The position numbers and the translations under genes were made by a program. This document shows, one piece after another, positions 37,564-47,386 of a stretch of DNA of 64,000 nt. The stretch lies in NCBI GenBank assembly GCA_965227295.1, contig OZ245742.1:3072001-3136000 (forward strand), read 5' to 3'. The notes under the pieces were generated by a model. It made no database searches. It was given only the letters and a program-made list of their open reading frames with translations, and was not told where the DNA came from. The DNA is from Leptonemataceae bacterium (GTDB lineage: Bacteria > Spirochaetota > Leptospiria > Leptospirales > Leptonemataceae). Position 1 is the first letter of the stretch, and each line of letters opens with the position of its first letter.

Positions 37564-38850
37564 GTGAACGTCTCTGAACTCATCCAACTCGACTTCGAAC
37601 ACGCGGGCACCGTAGACCCGGCCGCCCTCGCGGATGAGGCCGTGCGCGCCGCTGAGTTGCTCGAGTCCCGGGGCGGGCCGGGCAACGACTTTCTCGGCTG
37701 GATCGATCTGCCCGCGAACCTGGGCGATTCGGACCTCGCCGCCGTGGAAGCGGCCGCGGCGCAGATTCGCGAGGCCGGGGCGCTCGTGGTCGTCGGCATC
37801 GGCGGCTCGTACCTCGGCGCCCGGGCGGTGCTCGAAGCCCTGCGTTCGCCGTTCGATCCCGGCTTTCCCGTGTACTATGCCGGCCACCACATGGACGCGG
37901 CCTATCATCGCGACTTACTCAAACATCTGGCGGGCAAACGTTACGCGGTGAACGTCATTTCGAAGAGCGGCACCACCACGGAACCCGGGCTGGCCTTTCG
38001 ATTTCTATGGAAGGATCTCGCCGCGCGTTTTTCCGCGGACGAATTGCGTTCGCTGGTCTTCGCCACGACGGACGCGCGCAAGGGCAGTCTGCGCACCCTG
38101 GCCGATCGGCAGGGGCTCAGCACCTTCGTGATTCCCGACGACGTCGGCGGTCGCTACAGCGTGTTTACGCCCGTGGGACTACTGCCCATCGCCGCGGGGG
38201 GCGCCGACATTCGCAAGTTGATCGCCGGCGCGCGGGCCATGCGCGAATTCTTAGCTGCAAATCAAAAGAACTTTGACGCCAACCCGGCGCTCCGCTACGC
38301 CGCGTATCGCAATTCCTGCTACCGCGACGGCAAAAAGATCGAAATCATGGCGTCGTACAACGGCGCCCTGCATTACGTGCACGAGTGGTGGAAGCAACTC
38401 TACGGCGAGTCCGAGGGCAAAAACGGCAAGGGCATCTTCCCGGCGTCCGTCGATCTTTCCACCGATCTGCATTCGATGGGGCAGTGGATGCAGGACGGCG
38501 AGCGCACGATCTTCGAAACGGTACTGGACGTCGAAAACGTCGCCGGTCCGAGCATCGAAGCCGCGGAAAGCGACGACGACGGCCTGAACTATCTGGCCGG
38601 CCGCGAACTGAATGCCGTCAATCGTACGGCCCTGGCGGCGACGCTCTCCGCCCACGCCTCGGGCGGGGTGCCGTGTTTGCGCTTGCAGCTCAGGCAAATC
38701 GACGAGGGCGTAATCGGCGCGTTGTTGTACATGTTCGAATACGCCTGCGGTGTCTCCGCCTACATGCTCGGGGTGAATCCGTTCGATCAGCCGGGCGTAG
38801 AAGCCTACAAATCGAAGATGTTCCAACTCCTGGGGAAACCGGGACACTAA
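37564..38850 (+). CDS. pgi: Glucose-6-phosphate isomerase
   Basis: GIGGSYLG, SKSGTTTE, DVGGRYS, QLYGESEGK, TDLHSMGQ, NPFDQPGVEAYK. Confidence 0.97.
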   Translation: MNVSELIQLDFEHAGTVDPAALADEAVRAAELLESRGGPGNDFLGWIDLPANLGDSDLAAVEAAAAQIREAGALVVVGIGGSYLGARAVLEALRSPFDPGFPVYYAGHHMDAAYHRDLLKHLAGKRYAVNVISKSGTTTEPGLAFRFLWKDLAARFSADELRSLVFATTDARKGSLRTLADRQGLSTFVIPDDVGGRYSVFTPVGLLPIAAGGADIRKLIAGARAMREFLAANQKNFDANPALRYAAYRNSCYRDGKKIEIMASYNGALHYVHEWWKQLYGESEGKNGKGIFPASVDLSTDLHSMGQWMQDGERTIFETVLDVENVAGPSIEAAESDDDGLNYLAGRELNAVNRTALAATLSAHASGGVPCLRLQLRQIDEGVIGALLYMFEYACGVSAYMLGVNPFDQPGVEAYKSKMFQLLGKPGH

Positions 38851-38856
38851 CATCAT

Positions 38857-39465
38857 ATGTTTACACTCTACGGACAGATCGACTCCGGTAACTGCTATAA
38901 GGTGCGGCTGATGTTGCATTACACCGGCCGGAAGTACCGTTACGTCGAGACGAACAGTTTCGCCGGTGAAACCCGGACCCCGGAATTCCTGGCGAAGAAT
39001 CCCAACGGCAAGGTCCCGCTGCTGGAACTGGAAAACGGCGAGTTCCTGCCGGAGTCCAATGCGATCCTCTGGTACCTGGGCCGGGGCAGTGAGTACGTTC
39101 CCGAGGACAGCCTGGAGCAGGCGCGCGTGCTGGAGTGGATGTTCTTCGAACAGTACAGCCACGAACCGAGCATCGCCGTGTCCCGGGCCATGATTCTGCG
39201 CGGCGAAGCCGAAGAACGCGCGGCGGTGCTCGCGGAAAAACAGGCGGCCGGACGCAAGGCCCTGGCAGTGATGGACCAACACCTCGCCGTGCGCGAGTAC
39301 TTCGCCGCGGAACGTTTTACGATCGCGGACATCGCATTGTACGCGTACACGCATAACGCCCACGAGGGCGGCTTTGATCTGGAACCCTACGTGAACGTGC
39401 GGGCCTGGCTGGCTCGCTGTTCGGCGCGGTCGGGACATTTCCCCATTGAAACACCGGAAGGTTGA
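38857..39465 (+). CDS. Glutathione S-transferase
   Basis: SGNCYKVRL, NPNGKVPLL, ESNAIL, WMFFEQYSHEP, TIADIALYAY. Confidence 0.95.
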   Translation: MFTLYGQIDSGNCYKVRLMLHYTGRKYRYVETNSFAGETRTPEFLAKNPNGKVPLLELENGEFLPESNAILWYLGRGSEYVPEDSLEQARVLEWMFFEQYSHEPSIAVSRAMILRGEAEERAAVLAEKQAAGRKALAVMDQHLAVREYFAAERFTIADIALYAYTHNAHEGGFDLEPYVNVRAWLARCSARSGHFPIETPEG

Positions 39466-39881
39466 CGGTGCAGAGCTTTCGCAAGAACACCACGTACACG
39501 TACTTCTTTCTCGGTGCCGCCGGCATCTTCGGCGCCATTGCGTTCTTCGAATGGTATCACGGCGGGCGCATCTCCCCGATTCTCATCGGCGTGGGCGCGG
39601 CCTGGCTCCTGGCGGCATTCTGGGGGCGGGGCACTTTGTTAGTTGTCGACAATGAAAAGTTAACGGCGAACCTCGGCATGTTCACGAAGAAGACCATGCG
39701 CCTGGGTGATATCAGCGAGGTGCGGCCGGACGGGAAAAAACGGGTAATCCACGTCGCCGGGAAGAACTTCGACGGCAAAAAGATCAAGTTCAAGCTGCAA
39801 CTGGCATTGGTGGACCCGCGAGACCGCGGGGCGTTCGTGGAACGTATGGAAGCGCTCGCGAAACGAGTGAAGAAAGATTGA
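39462..39881 (+). CDS. Hypothetical 2-TM protein with basic C-terminal domain
   Basis: TTG start overlaps the GST stop; two TMs then a beta-rich, bPH-like region. Confidence 0.65.
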   Translation: MTVQSFRKNTTYTYFFLGAAGIFGAIAFFEWYHGGRISPILIGVGAAWLLAAFWGRGTLLVVDNEKLTANLGMFTKKTMRLGDISEVRPDGKKRVIHVAGKNFDGKKIKFKLQLALVDPRDRGAFVERMEALAKRVKKD

Positions 39882-39903
39882 GCCCCGGCCCCCCGGCGTC
39901 CCT

Positions 39904-42900
39904 TTACTTCACGCTCAGTACTTCCACTCCGTTCCAATCATCCGGCACGCCTTTTTCGTGGTAGATCTTACAGCGCCGCCGATACAGGCGCACCGCGAGA
40001 TCGTCGGGATTTTTTTCGTGAATGTCCTGAAAGAGCTTCGCGGCCTCTACGAAGTCCCGCCCGCGATAGACCCGGCTCGCCTCTTCGAACGTCGAGCGGG
40101 TTTCGAGTTTCAGTCGCCGGGTGTCCGCCGGTTCGGCGTCCAGGATTTCGATGATGTCCACCGGGTCGGTCTTGCCTTTCACCTGGACGCGGTCGAGGAT
40201 CCGATACTCGAAGTCCTCGCGATTGGCGGCTTTCGCAAAGGTGTGGCCGCTGACGATTAGTGAAGCGCCGTAGATTTTCGTGAGGCCTTCCATGCGCGCC
40301 GCCAGGTTGACCGCGTCGGCGATTACCGTGCCTTCCATGCGGTTCGCCTCACCGATTGTACCCAGCATCAACGTGCCCGTGTTTACACCGATGCCCGTGC
40401 GGACGTCGTCCTGTCCGCGGCTCCGGCGTTCGTTGTTGTACCGGGCAAGAGCCTGGTGCATGGATGCCGCCGCCCGCAGGCCGTCCTCGGGCGTGGGAAA
40501 GAGCGCCATGATGGCGTCCCCGATGTATTTATCGATGAAGCCGTTGTGTTCGCGCACCACCGGGCCGACGAACGAAAGATAGGTGTTAATGAACTCGAAG
40601 TTTTCCTCGGGCGTCATGCTTTCGGAGAGCGACGTAAACGATCGAATGTCCGAGAACAGTACGGTCATCTCTTTCAGGATGTTGTCGCCTAATTTCACAT
40701 TAACGATACTTTCGACGCCCAGCAGGCGCAGAAATTCCGTGGGCACGAAGAGACTCGAAGCGCGGTTGAGTTCGATCTGCGCCTGGTAGAGCCGGGCGTT
40801 CTCGATGGACGAGGCGATCTGGGACGAGAGCATGTTCAGGACTTCGATGCGTTCGTTCGTGAACGCGCCCGGCGTACCGGCGTTCTCCAGGTAGAGGACG
40901 CCGATGAGTTTGCCCTGTAAGATGATGGGCGCGCCCAGGACGGACCGCGGTCGGATCTCGCGAATGTAGGGATCGGCGGCGAAGTTGCCGGCGCCGTCTT
41001 CCCGGGACGCGTCGAAGAGGACGACGCTTTCCCGTGTCCGCTCCACGTACTGAACCAGGGAGCGCGGCAGGTCCTCGGCGGGTTGGATGTCCTCCAGCGG
41101 AAGGGCCTGAAGCACCTTCGGCTCGCCGCTCTGCACGTGCATCTCCGCTTCGATGTTCAATCCCGGCGCCTGATTTTTCTTGCCGCCGCCGCGAGTCAGC
41201 AGCAATACGCCCCGTTGTGCTCCGGCGTTTTCCATGACGATGCGCATCAATTTCTGTAGAAGCTCGGCGAGCTGAATTTCCCCGGCGATGGTCTGGGACG
41301 CCTTGATGACCGACTGCATGTCCAGCGCCGAACCGCCGCTTTCCTGGGTGATCGTCATGCTGGTCGTGGTATCGTCGGGATCGTCGGGGGCGATGTCCGC
41401 GCTTGTTTCGTCCGGTACACCCGTGGCCTGGACCGTCGGCGTGGCGCCGGCGGAACTTGCGGCGAAACGACTGCGGATGAGTTCTTCGTGACTCAGTTCA
41501 ATCTCACTGGCCTTCGCCGTGGCCCGACAACGGACGTAGGCCCGGCGGGCCTCGCCCAGGTAAATTGCCGCGAAGCGAGTCTTTGCGAGGTCCAGGTAAT
41601 AGGCGGCGGCAAGTTCGTTTGCCAGGCCCTCGTGTAGGACATACTCGTTCGCGCGGGCGGATGCGACCGCCCGATCATAAAAATCCATGGCCCGGCCGTG
41701 ATCCTGATGCACCCGGGCCAGCTCGGCCTCGAGCAGTTCGAACATGTGCTGAAAATTTTCCGGGCAACGTTCGGCATATGTGCCCAGGGTAAAGCGCAGA
41801 TCTTCGATTTCTTGCGGCAAAGACTTACGCCGGCCGCCCTTCGCACGTTGCAACTCCTCACCGAAGAGATGCGTAAGCGAAAGGGCCAGGTAAAAGCGCA
41901 ACACCAGCGGCGCATACGAGCCGGTGACGGCACTTTCGTACTTCGCGGCCTGCGCGGCGAAGTCCCGGGCCTGTTCGTGATTGCCGAAGAGCGTCGAAAG
42001 AACGGTGCGGCTCAGATTTACGTAGTACAAAGCATTCGCGTTGCCGGTACGTTCCCATTCCGGAACGACGTCCTGTTCCCGGAAGCGATCTCCGGAGAGG
42101 CGCGCTTTGTTGCGGGATCCGCCCTGCATGTTGCGGATGTACTGCCAGTTGAGATCGTTCAAGGCGAGCATGTTGGACTGGCCGGTTTTGTACAGGGCGT
42201 TGTAGTACTTCTCCATGCTGCGGTCCACGGAACTGAGCTTCTTTGTTCCGGCCCACAGCGGTGTGGCGTTGATGGTGTAGATGCAGAGCGCCACGTAGGG
42301 CAGGTCGCCGGTCTCAAGGCCGCTCTGGTAGGCCTCAAGCAACACGGCTTCTTTTTGCGAAACGTGGTGTCGCCAGTGATGCATGCTGGACGCGAAGAGA
42401 TACAACACGCGGCACTTAAGCTCCTGGGCGCCCAGTTCTTCCAGCAGGTCCACGGCCACGCGGCCGAATTCGTAGCCGCGGTCCGGATCGTCCAGCATGC
42501 CGGCGCAGAGCATACCGTAGGCGGCGTAGGCGTAAGCCGAGGGTTTCGCGTTCCCGTACTTCAGCGAAATCAGAATCATGCGGGCAATGAGCACGGGAAA
42601 AAGATTCGAAGACAGGACGTAGGCCGGCATACCCAATTGCATGAGGATGCGCAGCGTGGCGTTTTGCAGTTCCTGAGCGTCGGGATCCAGGCGCGGCAGC
42701 GAGAGCAGGCTCTGCGGCGCCTTGCGCTTGAACTGCGCGGAAACCCGGCTCAGCTCCGAGCGCGCCGTGGCCGCGGAAGGATTCGCGCTTAACTTCATGC
42801 CGAGAGTACCTAAGGTATCCAGGGCCTCGATACCTATGCGCACGGCTTCCTCGGGTTCGTTGCGACCGGTGGCCACGTCGATCTTGATCTCGTAGATGCG

Positions 42901-45450
42901 CAGTTTTTCCAGCGGTCGTTTCGCGCGATCCAGAACCACGTCGAAAAACTTTTCCGCCCGGCGCAGGTCGTTGACGACGTAGTAGGTCTCGCCCAACTCG
43001 CGGTTCAGCGCGAGAAAGACATCGTAGAATCGGGTGGCGGCGTCCGCGGGCAACAGCTCAAGGCCGATGTGAAACAAGCGCAACGCGCCTTCGTAGGCGG
43101 TGGCGTCTTTGGCCTTGCGACCGGCGCCCAGGTTGAATTCGGCGAGCTGTACGCGTTCGTCCTCGTCGCGGATGAGATTGCGGCCCAGGTTCCAGTGATT
43201 GACGATGTCGACGAGCTTCTCGTCGCGTTCCTCGTACGAAACGTTCGCAACATAGAGCCGGCCGATGCGCAAGTGCAGTTCTTCTTTTTCGTCGTCGTCC
43301 AACAGAGCGTAGGCGGCCTGCTGGACACGGTCGTGCAGGAACGCGTAGCCCACGGCGGCGGCGGCTTCGGCGTCCGTCCCTTCGGCGACGTACTTGTAGG
43401 CGTCGTCCCGCGGAACCAGGAAGCCTTCTTTCAACGGACGTTCCAACAACTGCGCCGTTTCGAAGTACGATCGTTCGAAGGCCAACGACAGCATGCGCAG
43501 ATCGAAACGCGCCCCCAGGGCGGCCGCGATCTTGAGCACGTCCCGGGAACCGGCGTCCAGTTTGCGCAGCTTCGCGAGCAGGAGTTCCAGGATGTCATCG
43601 GAGAGGCCGCGCGCCTGGATTTCGTAGAGATCGTAATTCCACTGGCCGTTGGAGCGATCCAGGCGGACGAGATCTTCCTCGGCCAGGCTTTTTAAGAATT
43701 CGTTTACGAAGAACGGGTTGCCGTCGGTTTTCTTGAAGATGAGCCGGGTGAGATCGTCGCAGTCTTCGGCGTTCTCCAGACGCAGCGTATCGGCGGTAAT
43801 GGCGGCGACGTCATTCAACCCCAGGGGGACCAGCTTCAGGTCCTGAATCGTCGCTTTGTTCAGGCGCATGTCTTCGAGAGCGAGCATGAGCGGATGGGCG
43901 TCGTTCACCTCGTTGTCGCGGTAGGCGCCGATCAAAAAAAGATGTCCTGCGTCAGGATCCGTCATCAGCAATTTCAGAAGGTTCAACGTCGCCGAGTCGG
44001 CCCATTGTAAGTCATCGAGGAACACGGCCAGGGGATGATCCTCCCGGGCGAAGGCGCGCATGAAACTCTGGAACGTGTTCACGAAACGGTTGCGGGACTC
44101 CGTGGGCGGGAGCTCCGGCACCGCCGCCTGCTCGCCGACGATGTGTCCGACTTCCGGAATAACCTCGATGATGACCTGGCCGTTGCGACCGAAGGCTTCC
44201 ACCAGGCGTTCGCGCCACTCTTCGATCTGCTCCGCGCTTTCCGTTAAGATCTTCTGAACGATTTCTTGAAAGGCCTGAATGAGCGCGCTGTACGGGACGT
44301 CGCGTTTGAATTGATCGAACTTGCCCGAGATGAAGTAGCCGCCGAGCTTCGCGATGGGTTTATGGATTTCGTTGATGAGCGCGGACTTGCCGACACCGGA
44401 ACGCCCGGCGACGAGCAGCATCATCACGTCGCCCCGGGCCGAACGATCAAAACTTTCAAGCAGAGCAGTGGTTTCTTTGTCCCGGCCGTAGAGTTTCTGC
44501 GGGATCTGAAAGACCTCGGAGAAGTCGCGCGTCCCCGCTTGAAAACTCGCGCCGAACTGTTCGAGGGCCGCCAGGCCGCCGTCCGCCGTGTTCGCGCCGC
44601 CGGCGGATTCCACGGCCCTGAGGCAGGCCTCGAGGTCCGCGCGCAAACCGAAGGCGCTGCGATAACGATCTTCGGCGTTCTTCGCCATTAACTTTGAAAG
44701 AATAGCTCTTAGCGGCGAGGGCACGGGGGCGTTGTTCCGCGCGGCCAGCACCGGCGGCGCCGGCTCCCGGGCAATGTGGTTGTGCACCATGGACATGGGA
44801 TCGGAGTCGTCCCCCGCGCCGGCGAACGGTGTTTTGCCGGAGAGCATCTGATAGAACGTGGCGCCCAGGCTGTAGAAGTCGGCGCGATAGTCGACGGGGC
44901 GATTCATGCGTCCGGTTTGTTCCGGCGACATGTAGGCCAGGGTGCCCTCGAGTTTGCCGGGCGTCGCCGCCGACGGAGTTTCCCGGGAGATGCGCGAGGC
45001 GATGCCGAAGTCCACGATCTTCGCGGTGCCGCTCTCTTCGTGAAGGATGACGTTGTCCGGTTTGATGTCTTTGTGAACGACGCGGGCGGCGTGCACGGCA
45101 CCCAGGCCGTCGGTGAGCGCCATGGCCACGCGCAGAAACTCGCCCAGATCCAGAGTGCGTTCGCGGAGGACTTGCGCCAGGGAGCGGCCGTGAAAGTCCT
45201 CAAGAATGAGGACGAGGCCGTTGCGCCAGGGTTCCAGGGCGTGATAGGCTACGACATGGTCGTGCCGGATGTCCTGGGCGATTTCGAACTCGCGGCGCAG
45301 GCGGGCAAGTTGCGCGGGTGAAGGATGGCGCGTGCGATTCGTCTTCAGCAGTACGGCCGCCGAATCTCGCTGGCGGACGGCGCGCACCACGAGGGACTCT
45401 TTGCTTTCGTAGACGGTCTCGCGGATGTTGTAACCGGGAAGATCGATCAT
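39904..45450 (-). CDS. Multidomain Ser/Thr kinase - AAA/STAND ATPase - TPR-like - GAF - class III adenylate/guanylate cyclase
   Basis: HKDIKPDN, DFG, GTLAYMSPEQ; GRSGVGKS, FLDDLQWAD, TDGNPFF; GAF (GVLYLEN); FSDIRSFT, DKYIGDAIMA, DAVNLAAR. Confidence 0.93.
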   Translation of the reverse strand: MIDLPGYNIRETVYESKESLVVRAVRQRDSAAVLLKTNRTRHPSPAQLARLRREFEIAQDIRHDHVVAYHALEPWRNGLVLILEDFHGRSLAQVLRERTLDLGEFLRVAMALTDGLGAVHAARVVHKDIKPDNVILHEESGTAKIVDFGIASRISRETPSAATPGKLEGTLAYMSPEQTGRMNRPVDYRADFYSLGATFYQMLSGKTPFAGAGDDSDPMSMVHNHIAREPAPPVLAARNNAPVPSPLRAILSKLMAKNAEDRYRSAFGLRADLEACLRAVESAGGANTADGGLAALEQFGASFQAGTRDFSEVFQIPQKLYGRDKETTALLESFDRSARGDVMMLLVAGRSGVGKSALINEIHKPIAKLGGYFISGKFDQFKRDVPYSALIQAFQEIVQKILTESAEQIEEWRERLVEAFGRNGQVIIEVIPEVGHIVGEQAAVPELPPTESRNRFVNTFQSFMRAFAREDHPLAVFLDDLQWADSATLNLLKLLMTDPDAGHLFLIGAYRDNEVNDAHPLMLALEDMRLNKATIQDLKLVPLGLNDVAAITADTLRLENAEDCDDLTRLIFKKTDGNPFFVNEFLKSLAEEDLVRLDRSNGQWNYDLYEIQARGLSDDILELLLAKLRKLDAGSRDVLKIAAALGARFDLRMLSLAFERSYFETAQLLERPLKEGFLVPRDDAYKYVAEGTDAEAAAAVGYAFLHDRVQQAAYALLDDDEKEELHLRIGRLYVANVSYEERDEKLVDIVNHWNLGRNLIRDEDERVQLAEFNLGAGRKAKDATAYEGALRLFHIGLELLPADAATRFYDVFLALNRELGETYYVVNDLRRAEKFFDVVLDRAKRPLEKLRIYEIKIDVATGRNEPEEAVRIGIEALDTLGTLGMKLSANPSAATARSELSRVSAQFKRKAPQSLLSLPRLDPDAQELQNATLRILMQLGMPAYVLSSNLFPVLIARMILISLKYGNAKPSAYAYAAYGMLCAGMLDDPDRGYEFGRVAVDLLEELGAQELKCRVLYLFASSMHHWRHHVSQKEAVLLEAYQSGLETGDLPYVALCIYTINATPLWAGTKKLSSVDRSMEKYYNALYKTGQSNMLALNDLNWQYIRNMQGGSRNKARLSGDRFREQDVVPEWERTGNANALYYVNLSRTVLSTLFGNHEQARDFAAQAAKYESAVTGSYAPLVLRFYLALSLTHLFGEELQRAKGGRRKSLPQEIEDLRFTLGTYAERCPENFQHMFELLEAELARVHQDHGRAMDFYDRAVASARANEYVLHEGLANELAAAYYLDLAKTRFAAIYLGEARRAYVRCRATAKASEIELSHEELIRSRFAASSAGATPTVQATGVPDETSADIAPDDPDDTTTSMTITQESGGSALDMQSVIKASQTIAGEIQLAELLQKLMRIVMENAGAQRGVLLLTRGGGKKNQAPGLNIEAEMHVQSGEPKVLQALPLEDIQPAEDLPRSLVQYVERTRESVVLFDASREDGAGNFAADPYIREIRPRSVLGAPIILQGKLIGVLYLENAGTPGAFTNERIEVLNMLSSQIASSIENARLYQAQIELNRASSLFVPTEFLRLLGVESIVNVKLGDNILKEMTVLFSDIRSFTSLSESMTPEENFEFINTYLSFVGPVVREHNGFIDKYIGDAIMALFPTPEDGLRAAASMHQALARYNNERRSRGQDDVRTGIGVNTGTLMLGTIGEANRMEGTVIADAVNLAARMEGLTKIYGASLIVSGHTFAKAANREDFEYRILDRVQVKGKTDPVDIIEILDAEPADTRRLKLETRSTFEEASRVYRGRDFVEAAKLFQDIHEKNPDDLAVRLYRRRCKIYHEKGVPDDWNGVEVLSVK

Positions 45451-45621
45451 ATTGCTCAGGTCAAGTCTGCCGGTCGGGGGTTATTTATCATTACGTTTTT
45501 TCTAACACTTTCCTGACATAAGTAAGGGTGCAGGGCGAACACTGTGACAAGAGGATGCTGTACGCCTTTTAACGATCCGCTCACACGGTTGGTGGCTTTC
45601 TTGTCGACGGTTTCGTGAAAT

Positions 45622-47358
45622 ATGTTCTCGTCTGGCATGAAACTCGGCTACCGCTTCGTTATTGTATTCGGAATCATATTAATGGTGGCGGCGACCGGCT
45701 TCGCATACAACGTCTGGAGTCTCATGAGTGTTCGCCGCAATCTGGTGAGCATCTACGAGTCCAGGCTCATCGGTATCGATTTGCTCATCGAGGCGGATCG
45801 CGACGCCTACCAGGCCAGCCTGGGACTGAGTCGCTGGATGCTGGCCCTGGCATCCCGGGAGAACGGTGCGGCCGACGCCGTCGCCATTCAGGAAAACCAG
45901 GCGCAGGTGCTGGAGCGATTCGACGGCTTCGTCACCGCGCGCCAGGCCGGCGTTAAGTACGCCGACAACGCGGACGAGGTGCGTGCGAATATTGCGCAGT
46001 TTCGCGAACAGTATCCTGAGTGGACGGCTGAGTCCGCGCGGCTGCAACAACGGATTCGTGCCGGGCAGTTCCAACCGGCGCTGGCGCTGTACTCCGGCGA
46101 ATACCGCGACAAGTTCGAAGCCATGCGCACGACCCTGGACCTTCTCACCGTGCAATCCCTGGAGGAAGCCCGCGACGAGTATGATCAGAGTCTCGCCTCT
46201 ATGAACGCGCAGTTGCTGACGGCGGGCATTACGGGCGGGACCATCGTCCTGCTCTCCATCATCATGGCCTGGGTGCTTACGCGTTCCATCACGCGTCCGG
46301 TCTATACGGCCGTGGACATCACGAACGAACTCGCGGGCGGCATGATGGACACGGCGATTCCGGAACATCGCGGCGATGAGTTCGCGGATCTCTTTCAGTC
46401 CCTGCGTAACTTTACGGAACGCGTGGGGCGTGTGATTCGCGAGGTGAAAGAGACCGCCGCGAACCTGGCGGTTTCCGCGGAAGAAATGACCACCGCCGCG
46501 GCGCGCTTTTCGGACTCGTCCCAGAACCAGGCGTCTTCCACCGAGCAGATCTCGGCCACGATCGAAGAGATTTCGGCCGGCCAGGAGAACGTGGCCGCGA
46601 GCGCCGGAGATCAGGTCGCCCTCATCGATTCTCTGAGTCGGCGCATCGACGAACTTTCCCGGCTCATCGATCAAATGAGTGAGCAGTTGAGCAGTCACAT
46701 GTCCCTGGCGCGGGAGGTCCTGGAGCTGGCTCAGACCGGCAAGGATTCTCTGCAGGGCATGACCGAAGGCATGCGAAGCATTAATAGTAGCTCAGACGAA
46801 GTTACGGAAATCGTCGGCATCATTTCGGGTATTTCGGAACAGATCAACCTGCTGGCACTGAACGCCGCCATCGAGGCCGCTCGCGCCGGAGAGGCCGGGC
46901 GGGGGTTCGCCGTGGTGGCGGATGAGATCGGGCGCCTGGCCGACAAGACGGCGTCTTCGATCAAGAACATCAATTCGCTCATCAAGGCGAACAGCGATGA
47001 GATTACGGCCGGCCTGGCCAACGTCGAGGGCTCCGTGAACGTGGTGGGTCGCATCATCCAGGGCGTGGATCAGATCGGTAATATGCTCTTTGAACTGGAT
47101 GCCCACATGAAAAGCCAGCTCGACGCGAACACGGAGGTGAACCGCGAGGCCGGCCATGTCCGGGAGCGCGCCGACGAAATCAAGAACGCCTCCACCGAAC
47201 AAAAGGCCGCCGTGCAGGAAATCGTCCAGTCCATCTCCACCATCACCGAGACGACGACCACGGTTGCTGCCGGGGCCGAAGAAATGGCCGCCGCCGCGCA
47301 GGATGTGGCGACCATGGCCGAGAACCTGAACAAGCGCGTGAACTTTTTTAAGACATAG
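45622..47358 (+). CDS. Methyl-accepting chemotaxis protein
   Basis: TM, four-helix sensor, [39 protein letters not shown]. Confidence 0.96.
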   Translation: MFSSGMKLGYRFVIVFGIILMVAATGFAYNVWSLMSVRRNLVSIYESRLIGIDLLIEADRDAYQASLGLSRWMLALASRENGAADAVAIQENQAQVLERFDGFVTARQAGVKYADNADEVRANIAQFREQYPEWTAESARLQQRIRAGQFQPALALYSGEYRDKFEAMRTTLDLLTVQSLEEARDEYDQSLASMNAQLLTAGITGGTIVLLSIIMAWVLTRSITRPVYTAVDITNELAGGMMDTAIPEHRGDEFADLFQSLRNFTERVGRVIREVKETAANLAVSAEEMTTAAARFSDSSQNQASSTEQISATIEEISAGQENVAASAGDQVALIDSLSRRIDELSRLIDQMSEQLSSHMSLAREVLELAQTGKDSLQGMTEGMRSINSSSDEVTEIVGIISGISEQINLLALNAAIEAARAGEAGRGFAVVADEIGRLADKTASSIKNINSLIKANSDEITAGLANVEGSVNVVGRIIQGVDQIGNMLFELDAHMKSQLDANTEVNREAGHVRERADEIKNASTEQKAAVQEIVQSISTITETTTTVAAGAEEMAAAAQDVATMAENLNKRVNFFKT

Positions 47359-47386
47359 CCGGCGGTTCCCGGCGGCCTATCCGCGC

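Noticed and set aside
45520..45600. c-di-GMP-I riboswitch-like start (CAGGGCGAAC) upstream of the MCP gene
   Set aside because: It lacks the GAAA tetraloop stem and GCAAAGC junction; the resemblance is superficial.
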